Below, piece by piece: positions 46,142 through 57,169 of a stretch of DNA of 64,000 bases (the first letter of the stretch is position 1; every line of letters begins with the position of its first letter). Position numbers and translations under genes: made by a program. Source of the DNA: an uncultured Actinomycetes bacterium (lineage in GTDB: Bacteria > Actinomycetota > Thermoleophilia > Gaiellales > Gaiellaceae); assembly GCA_963836705.1 (NCBI GenBank), contig CAWIKU010000011.1, positions 6,790 to 70,789 of the forward strand, in the 5' to 3' direction. The notes under the pieces were generated by a model. It was not told where the DNA came from. It was given only the letters and a program-made list of their open reading frames with translations, and ran no database searches.

Positions 46142-46990
46142 CTACGACCCGTGTCCGACACCGGACGGGGCGCCACGCGGCCCGGCGGGTTCCGGCCCGG
46201 CCGCGTCGGTCGGGTGGGCGCGGCGCGCCTGCCACCAGTTGACCTCGGCTCCGAGCACGATCACGTTCGCCATCACGTAGAGCCAGACGAGCAGCACCGC
46301 GGGGCCGGACAGCGTCTGCAGCACCGGGTTGTGCTTCGAGACGTTGACGTACACCGGCAGCGCCTGGAACGTCGCCTCCAGGATCACGGCAGCGGTCACG
46401 GCGCCGGGCAGCACCTCCCACGGCGTCAGGTCGACGTTCGTCAGGACGTAGTACGCCGACGAGAGGAAGACGAAGACGCCGAGCCCCGAGACGATGACCG
46501 TGATCAGCTTCGCGGTCACCGCGTCACCCTGGAAGCCCAGGTAGCGCTTCAAGATTTCCTGGCCGACCGAGCCGATCACGAGCGAGGCGAAGAGCGCGAC
46601 GAGCAACCCGACCATCATCATCGTGGCGAGCGCCTTGCCGTGCAGGAAGCCGCGGTTCGGCCGGCCGTAGACGATGTTGAACGCGCTCTCGAGCACACTG
46701 AAGAACGACAGGGACGACCAGAGCAGAAACGCACCGCCGACGATCCCGAGCGTCGTCGCGTTTCTCTGGATCCCACGGACGGCACCGAGGATCGAGTCCA
46801 CCGAGGTGCTCGGGAACGTCTTCGAGAGCTCACGGACGAAGAACGATCCTTCGTCGGCCTGGTGGACGAGCCCGAGGAGCGCAAGCGCGAGGAACAGGAG
46901 CGGCACGAAGGAGAGGAGGGCGAAGTACGCGATCATCGCCGCGAGGTGGGTTCCCCGGTCGGCGAAGAACTTGCTGACGACCTGCCTCAC
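46142..46990 (-). CDS. YihY/BrkB family membrane protein
   Basis: LAAMIAYFALLSFVPLLFLALAL and 6 TM. The start is re-called to the GTG at 46990. The upstream 94 codons of the track ORF are antisense to the next gene. Confidence 0.75.
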   Translation of the reverse strand: MRQVVSKFFADRGTHLAAMIAYFALLSFVPLLFLALALLGLVHQADEGSFFVRELSKTFPSTSVDSILGAVRGIQRNATTLGIVGGAFLLWSSLSFFSVLESAFNIVYGRPNRGFLHGKALATMMMVGLLVALFASLVIGSVGQEILKRYLGFQGDAVTAKLITVIVSGLGVFVFLSSAYYVLTNVDLTPWEVLPGAVTAAVILEATFQALPVYVNVSKHNPVLQTLSGPAVLLVWLYVMANVIVLGAEVNWWQARRAHPTDAAGPEPAGPRGAPSGVGHGS

Positions 46991-47000
46991 GTGCGGCAGT

Positions 47001-47408
47001 ATGCTCGCCGCAATGGACGCGGCACAGGCGATCGCCGATCTGACCGAGATCTCGCCCCAGGTTCGAGAGGTCGCGATCGTCGGTGCCGACGGCGCGCTCG
47101 TCGGCTCGAACGCCCCACCCGGCGCCGCCGAACGGTTGGTCGCGGCCGCCGCGAAGCTCGTGGAGGAAGCGGAGCTGCTGCGACCTGGTGTCGCGCAGCT
47201 CGAGGCTGCAACGGTCAACGGCAGCGTGTTCGTGGTGCGTGACGGCGGCCGGGTGATCGCCGCCACGACCACCCCGGAGCCGACCGTCGGCCTCGTCTTC
47301 TACGACCTGAAGACCTGTCTTCGCTCGGTCGAGGCGCCGCCGAAGAGAAAGCGCCGCGCTCCTGCCAAGAAGACGCAGCCGGAGGAGGCCGACGATGCCA
47401 CCGCGTAA
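47001..47408 (+). CDS. Roadblock/LC7-like domain protein with basic C-terminal tail
   Basis: VREVAIVGADGALVGSN...AAKLVEEAE...VNGSVFVVRDGGRVIAATTTPEPTVGLVFYDL resembles MglB/Roadblock. Tail is KRKRRAPAKK. ATG at 47001 or 47013. Confidence 0.6.
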   Translation: MLAAMDAAQAIADLTEISPQVREVAIVGADGALVGSNAPPGAAERLVAAAAKLVEEAELLRPGVAQLEAATVNGSVFVVRDGGRVIAATTTPEPTVGLVFYDLKTCLRSVEAPPKRKRRAPAKKTQPEEADDATA

Positions 47409-47595
47409 GGTCGTGACCGGCTTCCTGCTGGCGGCTGGGTCGATCGCCGGCTCCGTCCTGGTGCGCCGTCGAGCCGCCCGCAAGCGCGAGCGCGTCGATC
47501 TGTACGCCGAGGACGGCTCGATGTACTCCTACGCCGACGATTCGGCGGAGGCGGCACGTTTGCTTCCGATCGCCCGCGAGTTGTTCGCGCCGTGA
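47395..47595 (+). CDS. small membrane protein (66 aa), hypothetical
   Basis: One TM (VVTGFLLAAGSIAGSVLV). GC3-rich frame. Overlaps both neighbours (14 nt and 4 nt). Confidence 0.5.
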   Translation: MPPRKVVTGFLLAAGSIAGSVLVRRRAARKRERVDLYAEDGSMYSYADDSAEAARLLPIARELFAP

Positions 47596-48149
47596 GCGAC
47601 CCCGAGCTCGGCCGCGCCCTGCGAGAGGCCGCGTACCTCGAGGGCGACTTCCTGCTGCGCTCGGGGCGGCGCTCGCGCTACTACCTCGACAAGTACCGTT
47701 TCGAGACGAGGCCTGACCTGCTCGGCCCGATCGGTGCTGCGATCGCGCAGGCCGTCGCCAAGCACGAGCCCGGAGCGAGCCGGCTCGCCGGCCCCGAGCT
47801 GGGCGCCGTCGCGCTCGCTGCCGCCGCCTCGCTCGCCGGTGGCCTGCCGTTCCTGATCGTGCGCGGCGAAGCGAAGGCACACGGCACCGCGAACAGGCTC
47901 GAGGGCGTCTTCGAGCCGGGTGAGCGCGTGTGTCTCGTCGAGGATGTCGTCACGTCGGGCGGCGCCGCTCTCGAGGCGGTGCTGGCGCTGCGGGCCGCCG
48001 GATTGCAGCTCTCGACGGCGATCTGCGTGGTCGACCGGGAAGAGGGCGGGGCCGACACGCTCGCCCGTCACGGCGTCCGGCTGCGGCCGCTCTTCCTTGC
48101 CTCCCAGCTCCTGGGAGAGGCAAAAGCACCCGCAAATCCGCTTGGTTGA
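47592..48149 (+). CDS. pyrE: orotate phosphoribosyltransferase
   Basis: GDFLLRSGRRSRYYLDKY and PRPP motif VCLVEDVVTSGGA. Confidence 0.92.
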   Translation: MSDPELGRALREAAYLEGDFLLRSGRRSRYYLDKYRFETRPDLLGPIGAAIAQAVAKHEPGASRLAGPELGAVALAAAASLAGGLPFLIVRGEAKAHGTANRLEGVFEPGERVCLVEDVVTSGGAALEAVLALRAAGLQLSTAICVVDREEGGADTLARHGVRLRPLFLASQLLGEAKAPANPLG

Positions 48150-48224
48150 GCGGATTCGTCCGATTCCGTTGTTAGGGTTCCGGTCAAGGTCTGATTTCCC
48201 GGTCCCAACCACAGGAGGAGTTCG

Positions 48225-48500
48225 TTGACGAAGCAGGAGTTCATCCAGAAGGTCAGCTCCAAGAGCGGGCTGTCTGCTCGCGATGCGGGCAAGGCCGTGG
48301 ATGCGTTCATGGAGACCGTGACCGAGACTCTGAAGGGCGGGGACTCCGTCAACTTCACCGGTTTCGGGAAGTTCGCGGCCTCGCCGCGCGCCGCGCGTCA
48401 GGGTGTCAACCCACGCACGGGCGAGCGCGTCCAGATCGCGGCCACAATCGTGCCGAAGTTCTCCGCAGGCAGCCAGCTGAAGGCAGCTCTCAAGCCCTGA
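48225..48500 (+). CDS. hup: HU family DNA-binding protein (short form, 91 aa)
   Basis: MTKQEFIQKV...FGKFAASPRAARQGVNPRTGERVQIAA..VPKFSAG. TTG start preceded by AGGAGG. Confidence 0.93.
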   Translation: MTKQEFIQKVSSKSGLSARDAGKAVDAFMETVTETLKGGDSVNFTGFGKFAASPRAARQGVNPRTGERVQIAATIVPKFSAGSQLKAALKP

Positions 48501-48524
48501 CGCAGGCTCGCCCGGCTCGACCTC

Positions 48525-48548
48525 GGAGGGCGGCGCAAGCCGCCCTCC
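48525..48548 (+). terminator. intrinsic-terminator-like hairpin after hup
   Basis: GGAGGGCGGC-GCAA-GCCGCCCTCC, a 10-bp perfect stem with a GNRA-type loop, 24 nt after the hup stop. Only a weak T-rich tail follows (GCAGTTCTCGTT). Confidence 0.6.
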
Positions 48549-48573
48549 GCAGTTCTCGTTACCGTTCAGGCCG

Positions 48574-49434
48574 ATGACCGTTGCCACGCTGACGTTCGCC
48601 GACCGTCTGGCCGCCGAGGTCGAGCGCAAGCGGTCGCAGCTCGTGGTCGGACTCGATCCGAATCCCGACTTGTTGCCCGTCGAGCTCCGCGGCGACGTCG
48701 CCCGCTTCTGCTGCGGCATCGTCGATGCTGTGGCGCCCTACGCGGTTTGTGTCAAGCCGCAGCTCGCCTTCTTCGAAGCGCTCGGGCCACGAGGCATGTC
48801 GGCGTTCGACCAGGTGTGCGCGTACGCGCGCCGGGCAGGGTTGCTCGTGATCGCGGACGGCAAGCGCGGCGACATCGGCTCGACGGCGCGCGCTTACGCA
48901 GAGGCCTACCTCGAGGGTGACCCGCCTCGGGCGGACGCACTCACCGTCAACCCGTGGCTCGGACGCGACGCGGTCGAGCCGTTCCTCGGCGCTGTTCGCC
49001 GGGGCGGCGCCGGCATCTTCGTGCTCGTGCGGACCTCGAATGCGAGCGGCGACCTGCAGGACGTCGTGCTCAAGGACGGGCACCCGATGTGGCATCACGT
49101 CGCCGGCCTGGTGGACGAATGGGGCGAGGAGTCGACCGGCGAGGTCGGGCTCTCGTCGGTCGGCGCGGTCGTCGGCGCGACCCATCCACGCGCGGTCGCA
49201 GACGCCCGCCGCCTGATGCCGCGGACGATTCTGCTCCTGCCGGGCGTCGGGGCGCAGGGCGGGACGGTCGCCGACCTCGGTCGCGCCTTCCAGAGCGGTC
49301 CCGCGAGCGCGCTCGTCGCCGCGTCCCGGTCCGTGATCTACGCGTATCGGGAATCGGGCACGGACTTCCGGGAGGCGGCCGGCGCCGAGGCGTCGCGGCT
49401 TCGGCGCGAGGTCTGGGCCGCGTCCGGCTGGTAG
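48574..49434 (+). CDS. pyrF: orotidine 5'-phosphate decarboxylase (type 2, long form)
   Basis: LVVGLDPNPDLLP, KPQLAFFE, ADGKRGDIGSTA and LPGVGAQGG. Confidence 0.9.
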   Translation: MTVATLTFADRLAAEVERKRSQLVVGLDPNPDLLPVELRGDVARFCCGIVDAVAPYAVCVKPQLAFFEALGPRGMSAFDQVCAYARRAGLLVIADGKRGDIGSTARAYAEAYLEGDPPRADALTVNPWLGRDAVEPFLGAVRRGGAGIFVLVRTSNASGDLQDVVLKDGHPMWHHVAGLVDEWGEESTGEVGLSSVGAVVGATHPRAVADARRLMPRTILLLPGVGAQGGTVADLGRAFQSGPASALVAASRSVIYAYRESGTDFREAAGAEASRLRREVWAASGW

Positions 49435-49748
49435 TGCGCAACGACGATTGGCGGCGGTACGTCGGTCCGGCCGCGTTCCTGCTCGCCGTCACGATCGCCG
49501 TCGTGCTGATCAGGTCAGGCATGAACGCCGGCGACAGCAGCGGCAAGGGGTCGGGGGCAGTCACCGCCCCGCGACGGCATGTCACGACCACTCCCGCGGG
49601 CTCGCGGCGCTTCTGGACGGTGCGCGCCGGCGACACGTTCGGCGTCATCTCGACCAAGACCGGCGTTCCGGTCGCGACGATCGCGCGCCTGAACCCGAAA
49701 GCCTCGTCGACGTCGCTGCACATCGGCGAGCGGGTGCGGATCAGATGA
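49434..49748 (+). CDS. LysM domain protein with N-terminal TM anchor
   Basis: TM (AAFLLAVTIAVVLI) and LysM (WTVRAGDTFGVISTKTGVPVATIARLNP...LHIGERVRI). The GTG at 49434 shares 1 nt with the pyrF stop (TAGTG). Confidence 0.7.
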   Translation: MRNDDWRRYVGPAAFLLAVTIAVVLIRSGMNAGDSSGKGSGAVTAPRRHVTTTPAGSRRFWTVRAGDTFGVISTKTGVPVATIARLNPKASSTSLHIGERVRIR

Positions 49749-50860
49749 GGCGGCTCTTCGTCCTGCTCGTGCTCGTCGCCGCGATTCCGGTCCCGGTCGC
49801 GGCCGCTGCTCCTCCGCCGGTGCACGCCCGGGCTTGGGCCATCGAGGATGCGCGCACCGGCGAGGTGCTCGCCGCGTCGAACTCCCATGAGCGAGTGCCG
49901 ATCGCCTCGATCACCAAGCTGATGACCGTGCTCGTCGCCCTCGAGCACCATTCTCTGAGCGACGTGGTGGATATCGATCCGCGCGCCGCCGCGGTCGGCG
50001 AATCGACGGCCGACCTCGGCCCTGGAGACGAGCTCACCGTCGCCGACCTGATCAGGGCGGCCCTGATCCAGTCTGCGAACGATGCCGCCGACGCGCTCGC
50101 TCTGTCGGTCTCGCCCGACTACCCCGCGTTCGCCGTGCTGATGAACGAGAAGGCTCGGCAGCTGGGGCTGCACGACACGCATTTCGTCCGGCCGGACGGC
50201 CTCGACGCTGCCGGTCAGGCTTCGAGCGCGGCGGACGTGACCAGGCTCGCCCGGGTGGTGATGCGGATCCCGTTCGTCCGCGAGACCGTGCTTCGGCGCA
50301 CCGCCACGATCGCCGGGGGCAGGACGCTTCACACCTGGGACGACCTGCTCACCCAGTTCCCGCAGACGATCGGGGTCAAGACGGGGCACACCGGGCTGGC
50401 CGGCTGGTGCCAGGTCGCGGCCGCCCGCAGCGGCGGGGTGACCGTCTACGCGACGTTGCTCGGCAGCCCGAATCGGTCCGACCGGAACGACGACCTCGAA
50501 TCGCTGCTCGTCTGGGGTCTCTCCCGGTTTCGCGTCGTTCCTGCCGTGCAGCCTGGGCGCACCTATGCGTCGGTCGCGGTCGGCTACGGCAAAGGGCCGC
50601 TCGGGCTGGTCGCCGCGCGGCCGCTGCTCGCAGTGACGAGGATCGACCGCACGCTCACCGAGACCGTCGTCGCCGCGACGGGCGCCTCGCTGCCGGTGCG
50701 CCGTGGAGCGGTCCTCGGCCGGGTCGAGATCCGTTCGGGATCCCACCTTGTGGGGATTCGCGACCTCGTGGCTTCCCGCACGATTAACAAGCCGGGTGTG
50801 GGAGCACGACTACGCTGGTACGCCGGCAGGACGTTGCACCACCTCATGCACCTTCTTTGA
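49745..50860 (+). CDS. D-alanyl-D-alanine carboxypeptidase (S11 family, PBP5/DacB-like)
   Basis: Signal peptide; SxxK (SITK), SxN (SAN) and KTG (KTGHT). ATGA overlap with the LysM gene. Confidence 0.88.
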   Translation: MRRLFVLLVLVAAIPVPVAAAAPPPVHARAWAIEDARTGEVLAASNSHERVPIASITKLMTVLVALEHHSLSDVVDIDPRAAAVGESTADLGPGDELTVADLIRAALIQSANDAADALALSVSPDYPAFAVLMNEKARQLGLHDTHFVRPDGLDAAGQASSAADVTRLARVVMRIPFVRETVLRRTATIAGGRTLHTWDDLLTQFPQTIGVKTGHTGLAGWCQVAAARSGGVTVYATLLGSPNRSDRNDDLESLLVWGLSRFRVVPAVQPGRTYASVAVGYGKGPLGLVAARPLLAVTRIDRTLTETVVAATGASLPVRRGAVLGRVEIRSGSHLVGIRDLVASRTINKPGVGARLRWYAGRTLHHLMHLL

Positions 50861-50873
50861 CGGAGGTCCTCAG

Positions 50874-53365
<2,492 letters not shown>

Positions 53366-53393
53366 GCTGGCCGTCCTCGCTCCAGGCGAGGAG

Positions 53394-54932
53394 TTGGAAG
53401 AGCGCCCCGTGCTGGTGGTCGATCTCGGCGGCCAGTACTCGCAGCTGATCGCACGCCGTGTGCGCGAGGCGCGCGTCTACTCCGAGCTCGTCTCGCACCA
53501 CTCGACCGTCGAAGAGCTCCAGCGCCGTAATCCCCGCGCGCTGATCCTCTCCGGGGGACCCGCCTCGGTCTACGCCGACGGAGCGCCGCGCGTCGATCCG
53601 GCGCTCTTCCAGCTCGGCATCCCGACGCTCGGCATCTGTTACGGCGCGCAGCTGCTCGCCCTCGAGCTCGGCGGCCGTGTCGACCGCACCGAGGTCTCCG
53701 AGTTTGGCCGCACGGAGCTCCACGCGTCGGGTGGCGGCCAGCTGTTCGCGACGTTGCCGGCCGAGCAATCCGTGTGGATGTCGCACCGCGACACGGTCGT
53801 CGCACCGCCGGCCGGTGCCACGGTCGTCGCAACCTCGGAGCACACACCTGTCGCGGCGTTCGAGGACGCCGAGCGAGGGCTCTTCGGCGTTCAGTTCCAT
53901 CCCGAAGTGGTGCACACGCCACACGGCCAGACCGTGCTCGAGAACTTCCTCTACGAGGTCGCCGGCGCGCCCGCGACCTGGACTCCGGCGGCTGTGATCG
54001 AGGAGCAGATCGAACGGATCCGCGCCCAGGTCGGGGGCGAGCGGGTGCTCTGCGCGCTCTCGGGAGGCGTCGACTCGGCGGTGGCGGCGCTGCTCGTCCA
54101 CCGGGCGGTCGGCGACCAGCTGACGTGTGTGTTCGTCGATCACGGCTTGCTGCGGAAGGGTGAGGCCGAGCAGGTGGTCGAGACGTTCGACGGCGTCTTC
54201 CACGTGCCGCTCGTGCACGTCCAGGCGCAGGCCCGCTTCATCGACAAGCTGGCGGGCATCACCGATCCCGAGCGCAAGCGAAAGGTGATCGGCGAAGAGT
54301 TCATTCGAGTCTTCGAAGACGAGGCACGTCGCCTCGGTGACGTGAACTGGCTCGTCCAGGGCACGCTCTACTCCGACGTGATCGAATCCGGCGGCACCGA
54401 CGGCGTCGCCGAGACGATCAAGTCCCACCACAACGTCGGCGGGTTGCCCGCCGACATGCAGATGAAGCTCGTCGAACCGCTGCGGCTGCTCTTCAAGGAC
54501 GAGGTGCGCCGGGTCGGCGAAGAGCTCGGGATGCCGGAACGGATGGTCTGGCGGCAGCCGTTTCCCGGGCCTGGCCTCGCGATCCGGATCATCGGCGACG
54601 TCACCGAGGAGCGGCTCGCGATCTTGCGCGAGGCCGACGCGGTTCTCCAGGACGAAGTCCGACGCGCCGGGCTGTACCGCGAGTTGTGGCAGTCGTTCTG
54701 CGTGCTGCCCGCGATCCGCTCGGTGGGCGTCCAGGGAGACTCGCGCACCTACGGCTACCCGATCGCGATCCGCGCCGTCACCTCCGAGGACGCGATGACG
54801 GCTGACTGGGCGCGTCTGCCGTACGACCTGATCGAGCTCGTCTCGTCGCGGATCATCAACGAGATCCCCGCCGTGAATCGCGTGGTGCTCGACGTGACGT
54901 CGAAGCCTCCCGCGACGATCGAATGGGAGTGA
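53394..54932 (+). CDS. guaA: GMP synthase (glutamine-hydrolysing)
   Basis: GATase ([14 protein letters not shown]) plus ATP-PPase P-loop SGGVDS, and C-terminal KPPATIEWE. The start is uncertain: TTG at 53394 or GTG at 53409. The track Met at 53304 lies inside guaB. Confidence 0.93.
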   Translation: MEERPVLVVDLGGQYSQLIARRVREARVYSELVSHHSTVEELQRRNPRALILSGGPASVYADGAPRVDPALFQLGIPTLGICYGAQLLALELGGRVDRTEVSEFGRTELHASGGGQLFATLPAEQSVWMSHRDTVVAPPAGATVVATSEHTPVAAFEDAERGLFGVQFHPEVVHTPHGQTVLENFLYEVAGAPATWTPAAVIEEQIERIRAQVGGERVLCALSGGVDSAVAALLVHRAVGDQLTCVFVDHGLLRKGEAEQVVETFDGVFHVPLVHVQAQARFIDKLAGITDPERKRKVIGEEFIRVFEDEARRLGDVNWLVQGTLYSDVIESGGTDGVAETIKSHHNVGGLPADMQMKLVEPLRLLFKDEVRRVGEELGMPERMVWRQPFPGPGLAIRIIGDVTEERLAILREADAVLQDEVRRAGLYRELWQSFCVLPAIRSVGVQGDSRTYGYPIAIRAVTSEDAMTADWARLPYDLIELVSSRIINEIPAVNRVVLDVTSKPPATIEWE

Positions 54933-55549
54933 GCGCCCTTGCGTACAGGATCGAGACGCCGCGTCTCGTCCTTCGCTGCTGGGAGCCGGACGACGCGCCC
55001 CTGCTGAAGGACGCCGTCGATTCGAGCATCGAGCATCTGCTGCCGTGGATGCCGTGGGCGCGGTACGAGCCGCAGTCGCTGGACGAGAAGCTGCAGTTGC
55101 TGCGCGAGTTTCGCGGCCAGTTCGATCTCGGCGAGCAGTACGTGTACGGGATCCTCGAGCCGGACGAGTCGCGTGCGCTCGGCGGCTGCGGCCTGCACCC
55201 GCGAGGCGGTGACGGGTCGCTGGAGATCGGCTACTGGATCCGGGCCGACGCGACCGGCCAGGGCTTGGCGACGGAGGCTGCGGCCGTCCTGACGCGAGTC
55301 GGCTTCGAGCACTTCGGCCTCGACCGGGTCGATCTGAGCGTCGATCCCGAGAACGAGCGCAGCAGGAAGATCCCGGTCAAGCTCGGCTTCGTCGAGGAGG
55401 GGCTGCTTCGCCGGCGGCTGCCGCCGAAGACCGACGGCGGGCCGCGCAGGGACCAGCTGATGTTCTCGCTGCTGGCCGAGGAGCTCGCCGCCTCGCCGTG
55501 CCTGGGGTTCGAGTACGTCGCCTACGACGCGCTCGGCCGTCGGCTCTGA
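54923..55549 (+). CDS. GNAT family N-acetyltransferase (RimJ/RimL-like)
   Basis: [37 protein letters not shown] and [22 protein letters not shown]. Paralogue-like to the gene at 11755. Confidence 0.8.
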   Translation: MGVSALAYRIETPRLVLRCWEPDDAPLLKDAVDSSIEHLLPWMPWARYEPQSLDEKLQLLREFRGQFDLGEQYVYGILEPDESRALGGCGLHPRGGDGSLEIGYWIRADATGQGLATEAAAVLTRVGFEHFGLDRVDLSVDPENERSRKIPVKLGFVEEGLLRRRLPPKTDGGPRRDQLMFSLLAEELAASPCLGFEYVAYDALGRRL

Positions 55550-55573
55550 CGCGAACCCCTACGTCTGACTCCT

Positions 55574-55591
55574 GTCTGACTCGAGTCAGAC
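55574..55591. repeat. 18-bp perfect palindrome GTCTGACTCGAGTCAGAC (copy 1)
   Basis: Read directly. It lies 25 nt after the GNAT stop. An extra forward half-site GTCTGAC at 55563-55569 starts 11 bp upstream of the palindrome start. Confidence 0.9.
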
Positions 55592-55757
55592 GAACAGGCC
55601 CGCGACGTGGAGCACCGGATCGCGATCGGTCGCTCGTCCTCCAGAGCCGGCTGTTGAGCAAACGTGACACACGGCGCGAACGCTGCTCCAGCCAGGGTCT
55701 GCTCGAACGCCGTCACGAAGACCGCACGAAGTCGTCACGAGCCCGTGTGTCAGACAC

Positions 55758-55779
55758 GAGTCTGACTCGAGTCAGACTC
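55758..55779. repeat. 22-bp perfect palindrome GAGTCTGACTCGAGTCAGACTC (copy 2, contains the same 18-mer)
   Basis: Read directly. 18 nt separate it from the stop of the convergent fabG-like gene (55798-55800). An extra half-site GTCAGAC at 55749-55755 starts 11 bp before the 18-mer start at 55760. Confidence 0.9.
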
Positions 55780-55797
55780 AGGGGGTGCAGGTCGGAG

Positions 55798-56541
55798 CTA
55801 GGTTCGCGGGCCGCCGGCGACGTAGAGCACTTGCCCAGAGACATAGGAGGCATCGTCCGAGCAGAGGTACGCGATCGTGCCGGCGACATCCTCGGGTTGG
55901 CCGACGCGGCGGAGGGGAGTCTGAGCCGCGACCGCTTCCATGAACTGCTCGAAGGGCACTCCCATCCGCTCGGCGGTCTGTCTCGTCATCGCCGTCTCGA
56001 TGAAGCCGGGCGCGACGCAGTTGACGTTCACGTTGAAGGGGCCGAGTTCGATCGCCAGGGTCTTCGTCATCCCTTGCAGGCCTGCCTTGGCGGTCGAGTA
56101 GTTCGTCTGACCGCGGTTGCCGAGCGCGGAGGTGGACGAGATGAGGACGATCTTGCCGCTCTTCTGCTCGACCATGTGCTTCTGCGCGGCGCGCGCGGCG
56201 AAGAACGAGCCCTTGAGGTGCGTGTCGATCACCGCGTCCCAGTCGTCGTCGCTGAGCTTGAAGAGCATGTTGTCCCGGATGATCCCGGCGCACGTGACGA
56301 GGATGTCCAGCGCGCCGCCGGCGGCCACCGCGGCCGCGACGGCAGCCTCCACGTCAGCGTTGACGGTCACGTCGCAGCGCACCGCCTGCCCGCCGAACGT
56401 CGCCGCGGTCTCGATCGCCGCCGCTTCGTCGAAGTCCGCGACCACGACCGTCGCGCCCTCCGCTGCGAGCCGGGCGGCGGTCGCCGCGCCGATGCCCCGC
56501 GCGCCGCCGGTGACGAGCGCCGTCTTCCCTTGGAACCTCAT
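55798..56541 (-). CDS. fabG: 3-oxoacyl-[ACP] reductase / SDR
   Basis: TGGARGIGAA, NAAG-like CAGI and the Y-x3-K catalytic motif (YSTAKAG). 247 aa. Confidence 0.85.
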   Translation of the reverse strand: MRFQGKTALVTGGARGIGAATAARLAAEGATVVVADFDEAAAIETAATFGGQAVRCDVTVNADVEAAVAAAVAAGGALDILVTCAGIIRDNMLFKLSDDDWDAVIDTHLKGSFFAARAAQKHMVEQKSGKIVLISSTSALGNRGQTNYSTAKAGLQGMTKTLAIELGPFNVNVNCVAPGFIETAMTRQTAERMGVPFEQFMEAVAAQTPLRRVGQPEDVAGTIAYLCSDDASYVSGQVLYVAGGPRT

Positions 56542-56558
56542 GCGCGCGACCCTATACC

Positions 56559-57164
56559 GTGACCGGCGTGGAGTTCCGCGAGATCCTCGCCCGGCGACGC
56601 ATGCACCGCGCGTTCGAGCCCGATCCGCTCCCGCTGGACCAGATCGAGCGGGTCGTCGGAGTGATCCGGCGCGCGCCGTCCGGCGGCTTCAGCCAGGGCG
56701 GCAGCATCGTCGTCGTCACCGATCCGGAGCAGCGCGCTCGGATCGCGGACGCGTTCGGCGACGAGCACTACTCGCAGGGGGGCCGGAACTTCATCGCCGA
56801 CGCGCCCGTGCACCTCGTCATCTCGGCGAACGAGCAGCTCTACCACGCGCGTTACAACGAGGCGGACAAGCTCGCGGCAACCGGCGGCGTCGAGGTCACC
56901 TGGCCCGTGCCTTACTGGTTCGTGGACGCCGGAGCGCTGATGATGCTCGTGCTCGCCGCCGCGATCGACGAGGGCCTTGCAAGCGCATTCATCGGGCATC
57001 CCGATCAGAAGCGGATCTTCGACGACCTGCTGGGCCTGCCGCCGGAGGTCGTCCCGATCGGTCTCGCTCTGATCGGCCGGCCGGGGCCGGGCGCACCCAG
57101 AGGCTCGCGCCTGCGCGAACGACAGCGTTCGCTGCCCGCACTGGTGCACTGGCAGCGCTGGTAG
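56559..57164 (+). CDS. nitroreductase family protein
   Basis: RRRMHRAFEPDPLP, IRRAPSGGFSQG and the C-terminal IGLALIGRPG pattern. GTG start. Confidence 0.78.
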   Translation: MTGVEFREILARRRMHRAFEPDPLPLDQIERVVGVIRRAPSGGFSQGGSIVVVTDPEQRARIADAFGDEHYSQGGRNFIADAPVHLVISANEQLYHARYNEADKLAATGGVEVTWPVPYWFVDAGALMMLVLAAAIDEGLASAFIGHPDQKRIFDDLLGLPPEVVPIGLALIGRPGPGAPRGSRLRERQRSLPALVHWQRW

Positions 57165-57169
57165 CTCCG

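Noticed and set aside
55522-55716. 64-aa minus-strand ORF inside the palindrome spacer
   Set aside because: It has a GTG start with no SD and mixed codon bias. It runs through the left palindrome and 28 nt into the GNAT gene. Its sequence is Ser/Arg-rich at the C-terminus. It is probably non-coding.
55574-55777. The palindrome-flanked 204-bp unit as a MITE or IS remnant
   Set aside because: The flanks show no target-site duplication (TCCT on the left, TCAG on the right), there is no transposase fragment, and the repeats are self-palindromic rather than terminal inverted repeats of a longer element. This cannot be excluded without genome-wide copy counts.
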